Shown piece by piece: positions 55,521 through 64,000 of a stretch of DNA of 64,000 nt. The number at the start of each line of letters is the position of its first letter. Position 1 is the first letter of the stretch. Origin of the DNA: Eubacteriales bacterium (GTDB taxonomy: Bacteria > Bacillota > Clostridia > Oscillospirales > CAG-272). The translations under genes and the position numbers were made by a program. The notes beneath the pieces are model-generated. The model saw nothing but the letters and a program-made list of their open reading frames with translations, ran no database searches and was not told the origin of the DNA. Where the stretch lies: NCBI GenBank assembly GCA_045543615.1, contig JAZPXL010000005.1, positions 2,640-66,639 of the forward strand, given 5' to 3'.

Positions 55521-55933
55521 TCGTTAGCCTCCTTGCTGACAAACTTGCACTTGATGGGGAGCTTGTGAGAAGCAAGACGCATAGCTTCCTTTGCTGTCTC
55601 TTCCGGAACACCGTCCATCTCAAACATAATACGACCGGGCTTAACTACTGCCACCCAGTATTCGGGTGAACCCTTACCGGAACCCATTCGAGTCTCAGCA
55701 GGCTTTTCAGTAATAGGCTTGTCGGGGAAAATTTTGATCCATACGTTACCGCCACGACGGATGTAACGTGTCATAGCAATACGAGCTGCCTCGATCTGAT
55801 TGCTTGTGATCCAAGCGGGCTCAAGTGCCATAAGACCGTAGCTACCGTAGGTAATTGTGTTTCCGCGGGATGCTTTACCCGTCAGACGACCACGCTGTAC
55901 ACGACGGAACTTTACTCTTTTAGGCATTAACAT
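55517..55933 (-). CDS. rplP: 50S ribosomal protein L16
   Basis: [16 protein letters not shown]. Confidence 0.97.
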   Translation of the reverse strand: MLMPKRVKFRRVQRGRLTGKASRGNTITYGSYGLMALEPAWITSNQIEAARIAMTRYIRRGGNVWIKIFPDKPITEKPAETRMGSGKGSPEYWVAVVKPGRIMFEMDGVPEETAKEAMRLASHKLPIKCKFVSKEANE

Positions 55934-56805
55934 TACTTGTTACCTCCTTCTTTGTGAGCAGGACGGGGACCCTGGGGGCGTGCACCCTGAGGACGATTGC
56001 CCTGGGGGCGATTGCCTCTGCGCTCACCACCGCGATTGTCGTTTCCGCGAGGAGGACGGTTGCCGTCTCTACGCTCACCACGACGCTCGCCGCCGTTTCT
56101 ACGGTCGCCTCTGCGGTCGCCTCTACGATCGGATCTTCTCTCGCGAGCTGCGCCCTCGTTGAGGACCTCACCGTTGTAAATCCATACCTTTACACCGATC
56201 TTACCGTATGTGGTATTAGCCTCCCAGAAGCCGTAATCGATGTCTGCACGGAGTGTCTGAAGCGGAATTGTTCCCTCGTGGTAGTGCTCAGCACGTGCAA
56301 TTTCCGCACCGCCAAGACGTCCGCTGCAGGAGATCTTGATTCCGCGTGCGCCAAGGCGCATTGTATTTCTGATAGCCATCTTCATTGCACGGCGGAAAGC
56401 TACACGGCCTTCGAGCTGAGCTGCAATGTTTTCTGCTACGAGCTGAGCGTTGAGCTCAGGGTTGCGAACCTCTACTACATTGATAGATACGGGAATCTGC
56501 TGACCGTTAGCGTCGAGACCAACGATTGCTTCAACTTCCTTCTTGAGCTTTTCAATGTTGTCGCCGCTGCGTCCGATTACGATACCGGGCTTTGCGCAAT
56601 GAATGTACACTCTAACTCTGTACTGATCGCGCTCGATCTCGATCTTCGGTACGCCTGCCTTCTGAAGCTCGTTCTTCAGAAGCTTTCTGATGTTATAGTC
56701 GGATACAAGTACATCTCCGAATACCTCGTCCTTGACGCACCATCTGGAATCCCAGCCCTTGATTACGCCAACACGAAGGCCATGAGGATTAACTTTCTGT
56801 CCCAT
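55933..56805 (-). CDS. rpsC: 30S ribosomal protein S3 with ~74-aa R/G/D/P/N-rich C-terminal extension
   Basis: [13 protein letters not shown]; KH and S3-C domains; then [53 protein letters not shown] tail. Confidence 0.96.
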   Translation of the reverse strand: MGQKVNPHGLRVGVIKGWDSRWCVKDEVFGDVLVSDYNIRKLLKNELQKAGVPKIEIERDQYRVRVYIHCAKPGIVIGRSGDNIEKLKKEVEAIVGLDANGQQIPVSINVVEVRNPELNAQLVAENIAAQLEGRVAFRRAMKMAIRNTMRLGARGIKISCSGRLGGAEIARAEHYHEGTIPLQTLRADIDYGFWEANTTYGKIGVKVWIYNGEVLNEGAARERRSDRRGDRRGDRRNGGERRGERRDGNRPPRGNDNRGGERRGNRPQGNRPQGARPQGPRPAHKEGGNK

Positions 56806-57155
56806 TACGCATTGACCTCACTTTCTCTTTCCTTAACTGCCAAGGTGACATGAGATGTTCTCTTGAGAATTCTGTCGCCCGAACCCTTAGCTCTGGGCAT
56901 ATATCTCTTGAGTGTCGGACCGGGGCATACAAAGCACTCGGAAACATAGAGTTTCGAAGTATCCATACTGAAGTTGTGCTCTGCGTTTGCAATTGCACTC
57001 TTCAGAAGTTTGATGAGTTCAGGGGATGCTGCCTTAGGTGTATTCTTAAGAATTGCCATTGCAACATCTGCATCCTTACCGCGGATAAGATCGAGAACGA
57101 TCTTTACCTTACGGGGAGAAATTCTGACATATTTAAGATAAGCTTTTGCTTCCAT
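56805..57155 (-). CDS. rplV: 50S ribosomal protein L22
   Basis: [19 protein letters not shown]. Confidence 0.96.
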   Translation of the reverse strand: MEAKAYLKYVRISPRKVKIVLDLIRGKDADVAMAILKNTPKAASPELIKLLKSAIANAEHNFSMDTSKLYVSECFVCPGPTLKRYMPRAKGSGDRILKRTSHVTLAVKERESEVNA

Positions 57156-57175
57156 TATTTCTTATTCCTCCTCGA

Positions 57176-57457
57176 TTATTTGCCGTTGTTGGATGTCTTC
57201 GAGCCGGCGTGACCGGGGAAGCGGCGTGTGGGTGCGAATTCACCGAGCTTGTGTCCAACCATATCCTCGATAATGTATACCGGAACGTGCTTGTGACCGT
57301 CGTGAACTGCGATGGTGTGTCCAACGAATTCGGGGAATATTGTGGAAGCGCGAGACCAAGTCTTGATAACTTTCTTCTCGTTCTTCTCGTTCATGGCACG
57401 AACTCTCTTCATGAGTTTCTCTTCTACAAAAGGTGCCTTCTTAAGACTTCTGCTCAT
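57176..57457 (-). CDS. rpsS: 30S ribosomal protein S19
   Basis: [15 protein letters not shown]; [11 protein letters not shown]. Confidence 0.97.
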   Translation of the reverse strand: MSRSLKKAPFVEEKLMKRVRAMNEKNEKKVIKTWSRASTIFPEFVGHTIAVHDGHKHVPVYIIEDMVGHKLGEFAPTRRFPGHAGSKTSNNGK

Positions 57458-57471
57458 TCTATATTCCCTCC

Positions 57472-58302
57472 TTATTTAGCGTTTCTGTGTTTTACGATGA
57501 ACTTTTCAGTTCTCGCCTTAGTGTTTCTCGTCTTATAGCCGAGAGCAGGCTTGCCCCAAGGAGTAAGCGGACCGGGATGACCGATGGGCGAACGTCCTTC
57601 ACCACCACCGTGGGGGTGATCGCAGGGGTTCATTACTGAACCACGAACTGTAGGTCTGATGCCTCTGTGACGAGTCTTACCAGCCTTACCAACCTTAACG
57701 GTATCGTGCTCAATGTTACCAACCTGTCCGATTGTTGCCTTACAGTTGAGGGGAACGATTCTTACCTCACCGGAAGGAAGACGAACGAGTGCTGTGCCGT
57801 TCTCTTTCGAGATCAGCTGAGCTGCTGTACCAGCGGAACGAACAAGCTGTCCGCCCTTGCCGGGGTGAAGCTCAATGTTGTGAATGAATGTACCTGTGGG
57901 GATGTTTGCAAGGGGGAGAGTGTTACCGGGCTTGATGTCGGAGCTCTCACCGGAGTAAACGATATCGCCATCCTTGAGGCCAACAGGAGCGATGATGTAG
58001 CTCTTCTTGCCGGACTCTGTCTCAAGCAGTGCGATATATGCGGTACGGTTGGGGTCGTACTCAATACCGATAACCTTTGCAGCCTCGGTGTTGTCACGAC
58101 GGAAGTCGATTATACGGTACTTAACCTTGTTTCCGCCACCTCTGTGACGAACTGTGATCTTACCGTTTGCATTACGGCCGGCGTTCTTCTTCTTGATTAC
58201 GATGAGGCTCTTCTCGGGAGAAAACTTGGTGATCTCCTCGAAGGACGGAACTGTCATCTGACGTCTGCCGGGCGTCGTGGGCTTATATTTGATTGTAGGC
58301 AT
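57472..58302 (-). CDS. rplB: 50S ribosomal protein L2
   Basis: [15 protein letters not shown]; [14 protein letters not shown]. Confidence 0.97.
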   Translation of the reverse strand: MPTIKYKPTTPGRRQMTVPSFEEITKFSPEKSLIVIKKKNAGRNANGKITVRHRGGGNKVKYRIIDFRRDNTEAAKVIGIEYDPNRTAYIALLETESGKKSYIIAPVGLKDGDIVYSGESSDIKPGNTLPLANIPTGTFIHNIELHPGKGGQLVRSAGTAAQLISKENGTALVRLPSGEVRIVPLNCKATIGQVGNIEHDTVKVGKAGKTRHRGIRPTVRGSVMNPCDHPHGGGEGRSPIGHPGPLTPWGKPALGYKTRNTKARTEKFIVKHRNAK

Positions 58303-58322
58303 TATTCTTTCCTCCTACTTTC

Positions 58323-58619
58323 TCAGTTCATACCATCGAAGAAGGCGATGGTCTTGGAATCCTCTGTAAGAGTTACAATTGCTTTCTTCCACTCTGCAGT
58401 GTAGCCGTAATTGTAACGGACTCTCTTTTCCTTGCGCTTCATCATGATAGTATTGACCGACGCAACCTTTACGCCGAACATTGTTTCAACCGCGTAAGCG
58501 ATCTCGGGCTTGGTAGCGGAGGTCATAACTTTGAAAACATATTTCTTCTGATCCATCATATCCATGCTCGCCTCAGTGATGACGGGCTTGATGATGATAT
58601 CCTGCACCATTTTCTTCAT
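58323..58619 (-). CDS. rplW: 50S ribosomal protein L23
   Basis: IIKPVITEAS; operon order. Confidence 0.95.
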   Translation of the reverse strand: MKKMVQDIIIKPVITEASMDMMDQKKYVFKVMTSATKPEIAYAVETMFGVKVASVNTIMMKRKEKRVRYNYGYTAEWKKAIVTLTEDSKTIAFFDGMN

Positions 58620-59305
58620 TATGCGTAAACCTCCTGCAGCTTCTCTACTGCGGCACGGGTGATTACGAGCTTCTCAGCGTTAAGAATTTCATAAACGTTG
58701 ATTGTGCTGTAAAGTGTCGTTGCAGCGGTAGGAATGTTTGCACAGCTCTTTACTACGACTCTGTCAGCCTCAGGGAGAACGAGCAGTGTCTTGCAGGCTA
58801 CTGTCTCAACTCTGGTCTTAACTTCATCGCCTTCCTTGTACTTTCTCTCAACATCCTTGGAAAGTCCGAGAGCTGCGAACATCTTTACGAGCTCAGCGGT
58901 CTTGTAGGACTCGAGCTTGCACTCGTCGAGAATTACAAGGTTGCCCTGTGCGAGCTTGTCAGAGAGTGCGCTGAAGAGAGCAACTCTCTTGGTCTTCTTT
59001 GTAAGGTCTGTGCGGTATGTGCGAGGCTTAGGACCGAGCGCGATACCACCGTGTACCCACTGGGGAGCACGACGAGAACCCTGACGGGCACGACCTGTAC
59101 CCTTCTGTCTCCAAGGCTTCTTACCGCCGCCGCTAACCTCTGTACGAGTCAGTGTCGACTGTGTGCCCTGTCTCTGATTGAGCATATAAGCTCTTACTGC
59201 AGCGTGAAGAACGGCTCCGTTAACCTCAGCACCGAAAAGCTTTTCGGAAAGGCTGATTTCGCCAACTTCGTTACCTGCCATATTCAATACTTTTACGTTA
59301 GGCAT
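58619..59305 (-). CDS. rplD: 50S ribosomal protein L4
   Basis: GGGKKPWRQKGTGRARQGS. Confidence 0.96.
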   Translation of the reverse strand: MPNVKVLNMAGNEVGEISLSEKLFGAEVNGAVLHAAVRAYMLNQRQGTQSTLTRTEVSGGGKKPWRQKGTGRARQGSRRAPQWVHGGIALGPKPRTYRTDLTKKTKRVALFSALSDKLAQGNLVILDECKLESYKTAELVKMFAALGLSKDVERKYKEGDEVKTRVETVACKTLLVLPEADRVVVKSCANIPTAATTLYSTINVYEILNAEKLVITRAAVEKLQEVYA

Positions 59306-59327
59306 TTGTCATTCCTCCTTATATCGT

Positions 59328-59957
59328 TCACGCCTTGACCGAGTCGCGGATGAACACGATACCGCCCTTAGCACCGGGAATAGCGCCGCGAACTGCGATA
59401 AGGTTGTTCTCTGCATCGATCACAGCAACGGTCAGGTTGAGAATGGTGACCTGTTCGTTACCGTACTGACCTGCCATCTTCTTGTTCTTGAAGATTCTTG
59501 CGGGGTCGATAACACCCATAGAACCGGACTGCCGATGCACAGGGCCTACGCCGTGTGTCATTCTCAGCTTGCGGAGGTTCCAACGCTTGATAGCACCCGT
59601 GTATCCACGGCCCTTGGTCATACCTGTTACGTCGACCTTGTCGCCTACGGCGAAGGTTTCGACCGATACGACGTCACCGACGTTGTAGCGGGAGCAATCT
59701 GCGAAGCGGAATTCCTTAATGTGTCTCTTCGCTGTGAGTCCGTTCTTTGCGAAATGTCCGATTACTGCCTTTGTTGTGTGCTTGTCCTTAACATCAGCGT
59801 AACCGAGCTGTACGGCGTCATAGCCGTCCTGTTCGACAGTCTTAACCTGCGATACTACGCAGGGACCTGCCTGGATTATCGTTACCGGGATGACGTTTCC
59901 GACTTCGTCGAAAATCTGAGTCATACCGACCTTCTTGCCGATAATGCCCTTGTTCAT
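59328..59957 (-). CDS. rplC: 50S ribosomal protein L3
   Basis: GIIGKKVGMTQIF; GKGYTGAIKRWN-like motif. Confidence 0.97.
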   Translation of the reverse strand: MNKGIIGKKVGMTQIFDEVGNVIPVTIIQAGPCVVSQVKTVEQDGYDAVQLGYADVKDKHTTKAVIGHFAKNGLTAKRHIKEFRFADCSRYNVGDVVSVETFAVGDKVDVTGMTKGRGYTGAIKRWNLRKLRMTHGVGPVHRQSGSMGVIDPARIFKNKKMAGQYGNEQVTILNLTVAVIDAENNLIAVRGAIPGAKGGIVFIRDSVKA

Positions 59958-60073
59958 TGTTTTTTCCTCCTGTAGGTTATTGGTTGACGCTTTGAATTTT
60001 CCCTGTGGGATTACGCCAACTTGACCGACAAGCGCTCATATGAGCCTTGTTTCGTGTTTTTTGTGCTGTGTGA

Positions 60074-60385
60074 TTACAGAGTGATCTGAATATCAACGCC
60101 AGCGGGGAGCTCAATATTCATCAATTCTTCTGTAAGCTTCTTAGAAGGCTTCTTGATGTCAATGAGTCTCTTGTGGTTGCGAAGCTCAAACTGCTCGCGG
60201 CTGTCCTTGTACTTATGGACTGCACGGAGAATGGTAACGATCTCCTTCTCTGTGGGAAGCGGGATGGGTCCGGAAACCTCAGCACCGTTACGCTTAGCAA
60301 CTTCAACAATCTTAGCTGCTGCAGCATCCACGAGGGTGTGGTCGTAGCTCTTCAGTCTGACTCTGAGCTGATCCTTAACTGCCAT
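60074..60385 (-). CDS. rpsJ: 30S ribosomal protein S10
   Basis: [21 protein letters not shown]. Start moved to ATG 60385 (AAGGAGG SD). Confidence 0.96.
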   Translation of the reverse strand: MAVKDQLRVRLKSYDHTLVDAAAAKIVEVAKRNGAEVSGPIPLPTEKEIVTILRAVHKYKDSREQFELRNHKRLIDIKKPSKKLTEELMNIELPAGVDIQITL

Positions 60386-60457
60386 TTTGTTTTCCTCCTT
60401 GTTTTTTTCTCGCATACGTGCGAATAAATAAGATGTAGCTTTTCCGTACTATGCGTT

Positions 60458-60740
60458 TAAAAAACAAGGCTTCGTTTCTTTGTGCACCGTTCCGTGCGTT
60501 TCGTCTTGCAGCCATACAAAAGCCGAAACTCGTCATTCGCCGCCGTCACGCAAGCACGGCGCGACACGAATTTCGGAAAGTACGGCAACAAACCGTAAGC
60601 ACGCAGCAGCCTTATGAACCTCGGCTACCTCGGCACTTGATTAGCCCTTCGCCCGATCTTTCGGACTTCTCCGCGAAAATTACCCGCTGTTCCGGCGGCA
60701 ACCTTTCGCTTCAACGCATTCTTCGCACATCAAGCCTTGT
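60458..60740 (-). promoter_or_regulatory. long structured 5' leader of the S10 operon (unclassified RNA element)
   Basis: Lies between a consensus promoter and the rpsJ SD. At least five nested long-range helices are readable by eye (coordinates in findings). The 3' arm of the closing helix is followed by TTTTTT. More GC-rich than the flanks. Confidence 0.5.
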
Positions 60741-60741
60741 A

Positions 60742-60770
60742 ATTATACTACATTTTATCTCATATTGCAA
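60742..60770 (-). promoter_or_regulatory. sigma-A promoter of the S10 operon
   Basis: Minus strand TTGCAA (60770-60765), 17-nt spacer, TATAAT (60747-60742). Confidence 0.7.
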
Positions 60771-60866
60771 TATGGCAAATGGGAGAAAAAATATTATATT
60801 TTAATCCTTGTTTTGTATATTTTGAACAAATCATTGGCACAATTGCTCAATATTGCCCAAAATACC

Positions 60867-60892
60867 GCCTCCGCTTTTGTTATAGCGGAGGC
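60867..60892 (-). terminator. terminator hairpin after the HTH regulator gene
   Basis: GCCTCCGC / GCGGAGGC 8-bp stem; on the minus strand it is followed by GGTATTTTG. Confidence 0.55.
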
Positions 60893-60970
60893 AAATATTC
60901 ATTTTTTATATCAAAAAACGGCGATTTTTTCGTCTTATGTAACAAAAATTCAATAAAAACTAACGGTTAT

Positions 60971-61528
60971 TTACTCGTCTTCGGGTGGATTGCTACTAAG
61001 AAGCTTGCTTAACGACTCGCAAAGCTTTTCCCTGAGCCACATAGGCTCGATTATCTTTATCTCAGCGTCTGCTGCAAGGAGTGCTCCGAAGAAAATTCTG
61101 ATATTGTGAAATTCACAGAAATACCTATCGCCCTTTCCTATCTTGCGAGTAACAAACGGGCCGAGCTCAAGAGCTACGAGTTTATCGGGAATCTCAAGTA
61201 TTGCCGTATAAGGAATGCTCAACTGCATAGAACCATCATCGCTTGCGCTCGAACGGTCTGCAAGGGCAATGAAGCCTGCGTAGTCCTGCGGGTCTTCAAC
61301 TCTTATGGAATCAGGGAGTGTGAAATCCTCTGTGTAATAATATCCCTTCTTTGTTGGACAAAACGCAATCGGTGCTCCAATCTTACGGCGAAGGTAGTCG
61401 CAGTCTCGCTGAGCCTGTCTGTGAGAAATGCCAAATCTCTCGGACAAACGCATAGCGTTTGGATAATATCCGTCCTTTATTCTTTTGTGCAACCATATAA
61501 TGCGCTCAACAGCAAAATCTGCAGACAT
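60971..61528 (-). CDS. short HTH transcriptional regulator with YafY/WYL-family C-terminal (WCX-like) region
   Basis: N-terminal HTH (NAMRLSERFGISHRQAQRDCDYLR). The C-terminus FFGALLAADAEIKIIEPMWLREKL resembles the end of WYL-type regulators. No clear WYL core at only 185 aa. Confidence 0.5.
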   Translation of the reverse strand: MSADFAVERIIWLHKRIKDGYYPNAMRLSERFGISHRQAQRDCDYLRRKIGAPIAFCPTKKGYYYTEDFTLPDSIRVEDPQDYAGFIALADRSSASDDGSMQLSIPYTAILEIPDKLVALELGPFVTRKIGKGDRYFCEFHNIRIFFGALLAADAEIKIIEPMWLREKLCESLSKLLSSNPPEDE

Positions 61529-61596
61529 ATCCGCCTCCGTTGTTTTTTTATAGTTTGGGGTATGCGATTTAGTCTATATATATTATAAGGTAGGAA

Positions 61597-62619
61597 TTAT
61601 TCGTTTCCCGTCTCTTCCCCACCGTCAGCAGCCCTCTCCTCTTCTTTTCTTTCAGCAATAGGCTCTGTCTCCGCCGTAGGAGACTCGGGCTCGTTTGATG
61701 GTGCACTTCCTTCAACTGCATCGGTTTGAGCTGCAGGCTCAAGCGGTGACGCCAGAACAAGAATTCTTGAAAGCACATAGAAAGAAAGAATAAAGCAAAT
61801 GAACGCCTCTACGCAGAAGTCGCCACGAGTGAGAAGTCCACTATAATAAGCGATCAACTCCGAAACGCCGGTTGAGATAGACAATACAAATGCGATCAAG
61901 CCAAACACGAAATATCTTCCGGGACGTTCATATTCGTTTGAGATATACTGTCTCTCTTCTCCAAGAAAATAAAGCATCAGGGAGATCATTGCAAACTGTA
62001 TCATAAGCTTTGATGGACTGTTCATCTGAACATTCATTTCAAAATAGACAAGAGCTGTGCCGGATAGCAGCCTAAGCATAGGGAAAATGCCAAGTCCTGC
62101 AGTAAGAGCCTTCTTTGATTTGAGCGATGAACGAGCGAAGAAACAAATTGACGAGAGTAAGCTCGAGACAATACCGACAATAACAAGCACCATCGTTACT
62201 CTTTCGATCTGGAGGCTGTCGCTCCTGTAAGAATCGGAGAACACAAACTCAAATCGTTTGAAGACCCCGTTTTTATTATAAGCATAAATCTTATAAACAA
62301 AGTCAGCGGCCATCACAAATCCCGCAATGAGGGACGTAAAGAAAACTGCGTTGCCACCAAAATCAAATCTTGCCGACTGCATAGCCTTCTTGGGAATAAG
62401 CAAAAATCCACTTGTTGCCCACAGAAGCGTGAGAACAAATAAAATATTCGTAATCGCTACGAGTGGGGTGTCATTGAAATAACCTATCGAGGCATCAAAG
62501 CTGACAAAATAGCATACTGCGCGCAATATTGCGCAAACAAGCGCAAGTGCTGTGGTGGAATATAAATATACTTTAAGTTTTCCCGAAATCAAGGAAGTAG
62601 TCTTATTATCCTGTGTCAT
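61597..62619 (-). CDS. hypothetical polytopic membrane protein with acidic C-terminal tail
   Basis: About 8 hydrophobic helices; no recognisable motif. Start ATG 62619 (GGAAGGA SD) preferred over TTG 62643. Confidence 0.5.
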   Translation of the reverse strand: MTQDNKTTSLISGKLKVYLYSTTALALVCAILRAVCYFVSFDASIGYFNDTPLVAITNILFVLTLLWATSGFLLIPKKAMQSARFDFGGNAVFFTSLIAGFVMAADFVYKIYAYNKNGVFKRFEFVFSDSYRSDSLQIERVTMVLVIVGIVSSLLSSICFFARSSLKSKKALTAGLGIFPMLRLLSGTALVYFEMNVQMNSPSKLMIQFAMISLMLYFLGEERQYISNEYERPGRYFVFGLIAFVLSISTGVSELIAYYSGLLTRGDFCVEAFICFILSFYVLSRILVLASPLEPAAQTDAVEGSAPSNEPESPTAETEPIAERKEEERAADGGEETGNE

Positions 62620-62813
62620 CTTAATAAATCCTTCCGTATACAATTGGATATATTATACAACACAATTGTGAACTGTATGTAAACAAGTGCCATTGAAGAG
62701 TGCAAAAAGCAATAATATATATTAAATATGGTAAGAAAATCAGAGAAATATAATAAAGACTTGTTTAGGCAAAATTATTTTTAAAAAAACACAAAGTTTT
62801 TTTCAAAAAGGTA

Positions 62814-62842
62814 TTGACAATACGAGTTATATGTGGTATAAT
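62814..62842 (+). promoter_or_regulatory. consensus sigma-A promoter of rplJ-rplL with A/T-rich UP-like region
   Basis: TTGACA (62814-62819), 17-nt spacer with TGG, TATAAT (62837-62842); A/T tracts at 62772-62810. Confidence 0.75.
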
Positions 62843-62848
62843 CTATGC

Positions 62849-63010
62849 CGTTATCCAAAGACAGCAGGTTCCCGTAAAAGCATCAGCCACCCTGCCGAGG
62901 AAGAACTCAAACAAATATTTGGTTTTGTGTCTTTCTCTGCGTGTGCGCCTATGCGACGGGAGAAGGATATTTTTTTACCCCAAAAAGGGTACACGAACAC
63001 AACCAGGAGG
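62849..63010 (+). promoter_or_regulatory. L10-type ribosomal protein leader with attenuator hairpin
   Basis: About 170-nt UTR upstream of rplJ. TCTTTCTC (62930-62937) pairs with GAGAAGGA (62960-62967), followed by TATTTTTTT, as in Firmicute L10 leaders that act by attenuation. Confidence 0.6.
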
Positions 63011-63018
63011 TAAATTTA

Positions 63019-63549
63019 ATGGCCAGCCAAGCTATACTTGAGCAGAAGCAGCAGGTTGTTGCCGAGCTTGCCGACAAGATTCGCAACTCCGTTTCCGGTG
63101 TCGTGGTTAATTACCAGGGCATCACTGTTGAGGACGATACCAAGATGCGTAAGGCTCTGCGTGAAGCAGGTGTTTCTTACCAGGTTATCAAGAATTCCCT
63201 CACAGGTAGAGCGTGCGAAGAGTGCGGCTACGGTGAAATCAAGCAGTATCTGTCCGGTATGACCGCTATCGCAGTCAGCCCCGACGATGCAATCGCTCCC
63301 GCTAAAATTCTCAAGCAGTATGCTGACAAGATTGAGTCCTTCCAGATTCTTGCAGGTTATTGTGACGGTGTTATTCTTGACGCCGCTGCAGTAGAGGTTC
63401 TTGCAACAATTCCCTCGAAGGAAACTCTCATCGCTCAGTTGCTCGCTTGCATCCAGTCCCCCATTACCAAATTCGCCTATGTTCTTGACCAGGTGGCCAA
63501 GAAGGACGAGCAGCCCGCTGAGGCTGCAGAAGCTCCCGCCGAAGCTTAA
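63019..63549 (+). CDS. rplJ: 50S ribosomal protein L10
   Basis: ILEQKQQVVAELADKIRNS. Start moved to ATG 63019 (AGGAGG SD). Confidence 0.95.
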   Translation: MASQAILEQKQQVVAELADKIRNSVSGVVVNYQGITVEDDTKMRKALREAGVSYQVIKNSLTGRACEECGYGEIKQYLSGMTAIAVSPDDAIAPAKILKQYADKIESFQILAGYCDGVILDAAAVEVLATIPSKETLIAQLLACIQSPITKFAYVLDQVAKKDEQPAEAAEAPAEA

Positions 63550-63594
63550 TTTATCGGTGGCATAATATTTAATAATTTCAGGAGGTCATTTAAA

Positions 63595-63975
63595 ATGGCA
63601 AACGAAAAGATTACAGCTATTCTTGAAGAAATCAAAGCATTGACAGTTATCGAGCTTTCTGAGCTCGTTCACGCTTGTGAGGAAGAGTTCGGCGTTTCCG
63701 CTGCTAACGTTTCCGCAGGTGCTGCTGCAGGCGCTGCTGCTCCCGCTGCTGCTGTTGAAGAGAAGACCGAGTTCGACGTAATTCTTGCTAGCTTCGGTGC
63801 TAACAAGCTCGCAGTTATCAAGGCTGTTCGTGAGATCACAGGTCTCGGACTTAAGGAAGCTAAGGAACTCGTTGAGGGTGCTCCTAAGGCTCTTAAGGAA
63901 GGCGTTTCCAAGGAAGAGGCAGAGTCCATCAAGACCACTCTTACCGAGGCTGGCGCAACTGTAGAAATCAAGTAA
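63595..63975 (+). CDS. rplL: 50S ribosomal protein L7/L12
   Basis: Alanine-rich hinge; C-terminal [40 protein letters not shown]. Confidence 0.97.
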   Translation: MANEKITAILEEIKALTVIELSELVHACEEEFGVSAANVSAGAAAGAAAPAAAVEEKTEFDVILASFGANKLAVIKAVREITGLGLKEAKELVEGAPKALKEGVSKEEAESIKTTLTEAGATVEIK

Positions 63976-64000
63976 TTTATCTGCACACAAAATCCTGTCT

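Noticed and set aside
60458-60740. Considered RNase P RNA, SRP (large Bacillus-type) RNA, 6S RNA, tmRNA or a T-box for the structured element upstream of rpsJ.
   Set aside because: - GGAGAAGUCCG only superficially resembles the RNase P GAGGAAAGUCC, and the ACAGAACCCGGCUUA partner is absent.
- There is no SRP helix-8 GGAAGCAGC motif.
- At about 280 nt it is too long for 6S RNA.
- There is no tRNA-like end.
- There is no GGGTGGNACC T-box sequence.
60451-60804. 117-aa plus-strand ORF covering the S10 leader region.
   Set aside because: It has no SD, an Arg/Ser/Pro-rich nonsense-like sequence, and runs antisense to a promoter-driven structured RNA. The region is better explained as non-coding.

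Overview
This is a 64-kb chromosomal segment that looks like a spore-forming Firmicute of the class Clostridia. That assignment is inference only, from gene content: yqfC-yqfD and ylbJ sporulation genes, an ispH-rpsA fusion, a T-box leader, and GGAGG-type ribosome-binding sites. All product calls come from motifs and synteny read by eye; no database search was possible.

Most of the window is housekeeping and lies on the minus strand:
- thrS with a Thr T-box leader, then mgsA, a MinD-like ATPase, and nagB.
- cmk-plsC-ispH/rpsA, a BaiN-like flavoprotein, an RpiR regulator, and a MurE-like ligase.
- rubrerythrin, prs, mutS2-recO-era-(lipoprotein)-ybeY-phoH-yqfD-yqfC.
- A complete S10-spc-alpha ribosomal cluster (rpsJ at 60385 down to rplQ at 44539). 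It includes rpmJ, which is too short for the ORF track.
- A plus-strand rplJ-rplL operon with an L10-type leader at the right edge.

Four regions are accessory or unusual:
1. The 5' part of an Rhs/YD-repeat gene at the left edge. It is absent from the ORF track because it runs off the window.
2. A tightly coupled seven-gene plus-strand operon (34.4-43.1 kb) with its own promoter and terminator. It encodes two BspA-type LRR lipoproteins, three SPFH/band-7 paralogs (the first fused to a polytopic membrane domain), a P1B-type ATPase without a metal-binding domain, and an APH-like kinase. This is the best candidate for an undescribed system.
3. A roughly 280-nt, highly base-paired leader between a consensus promoter and rpsJ that I could not assign to any known RNA class.
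4. Several small oddities:
   - likely non-canonical start codons for ylbJ and infA;
   - a Cys4 ribbon in L24;
   - long low-complexity tails on S3 and L17.

No CRISPR array, tRNA, rRNA or mobile element was seen.
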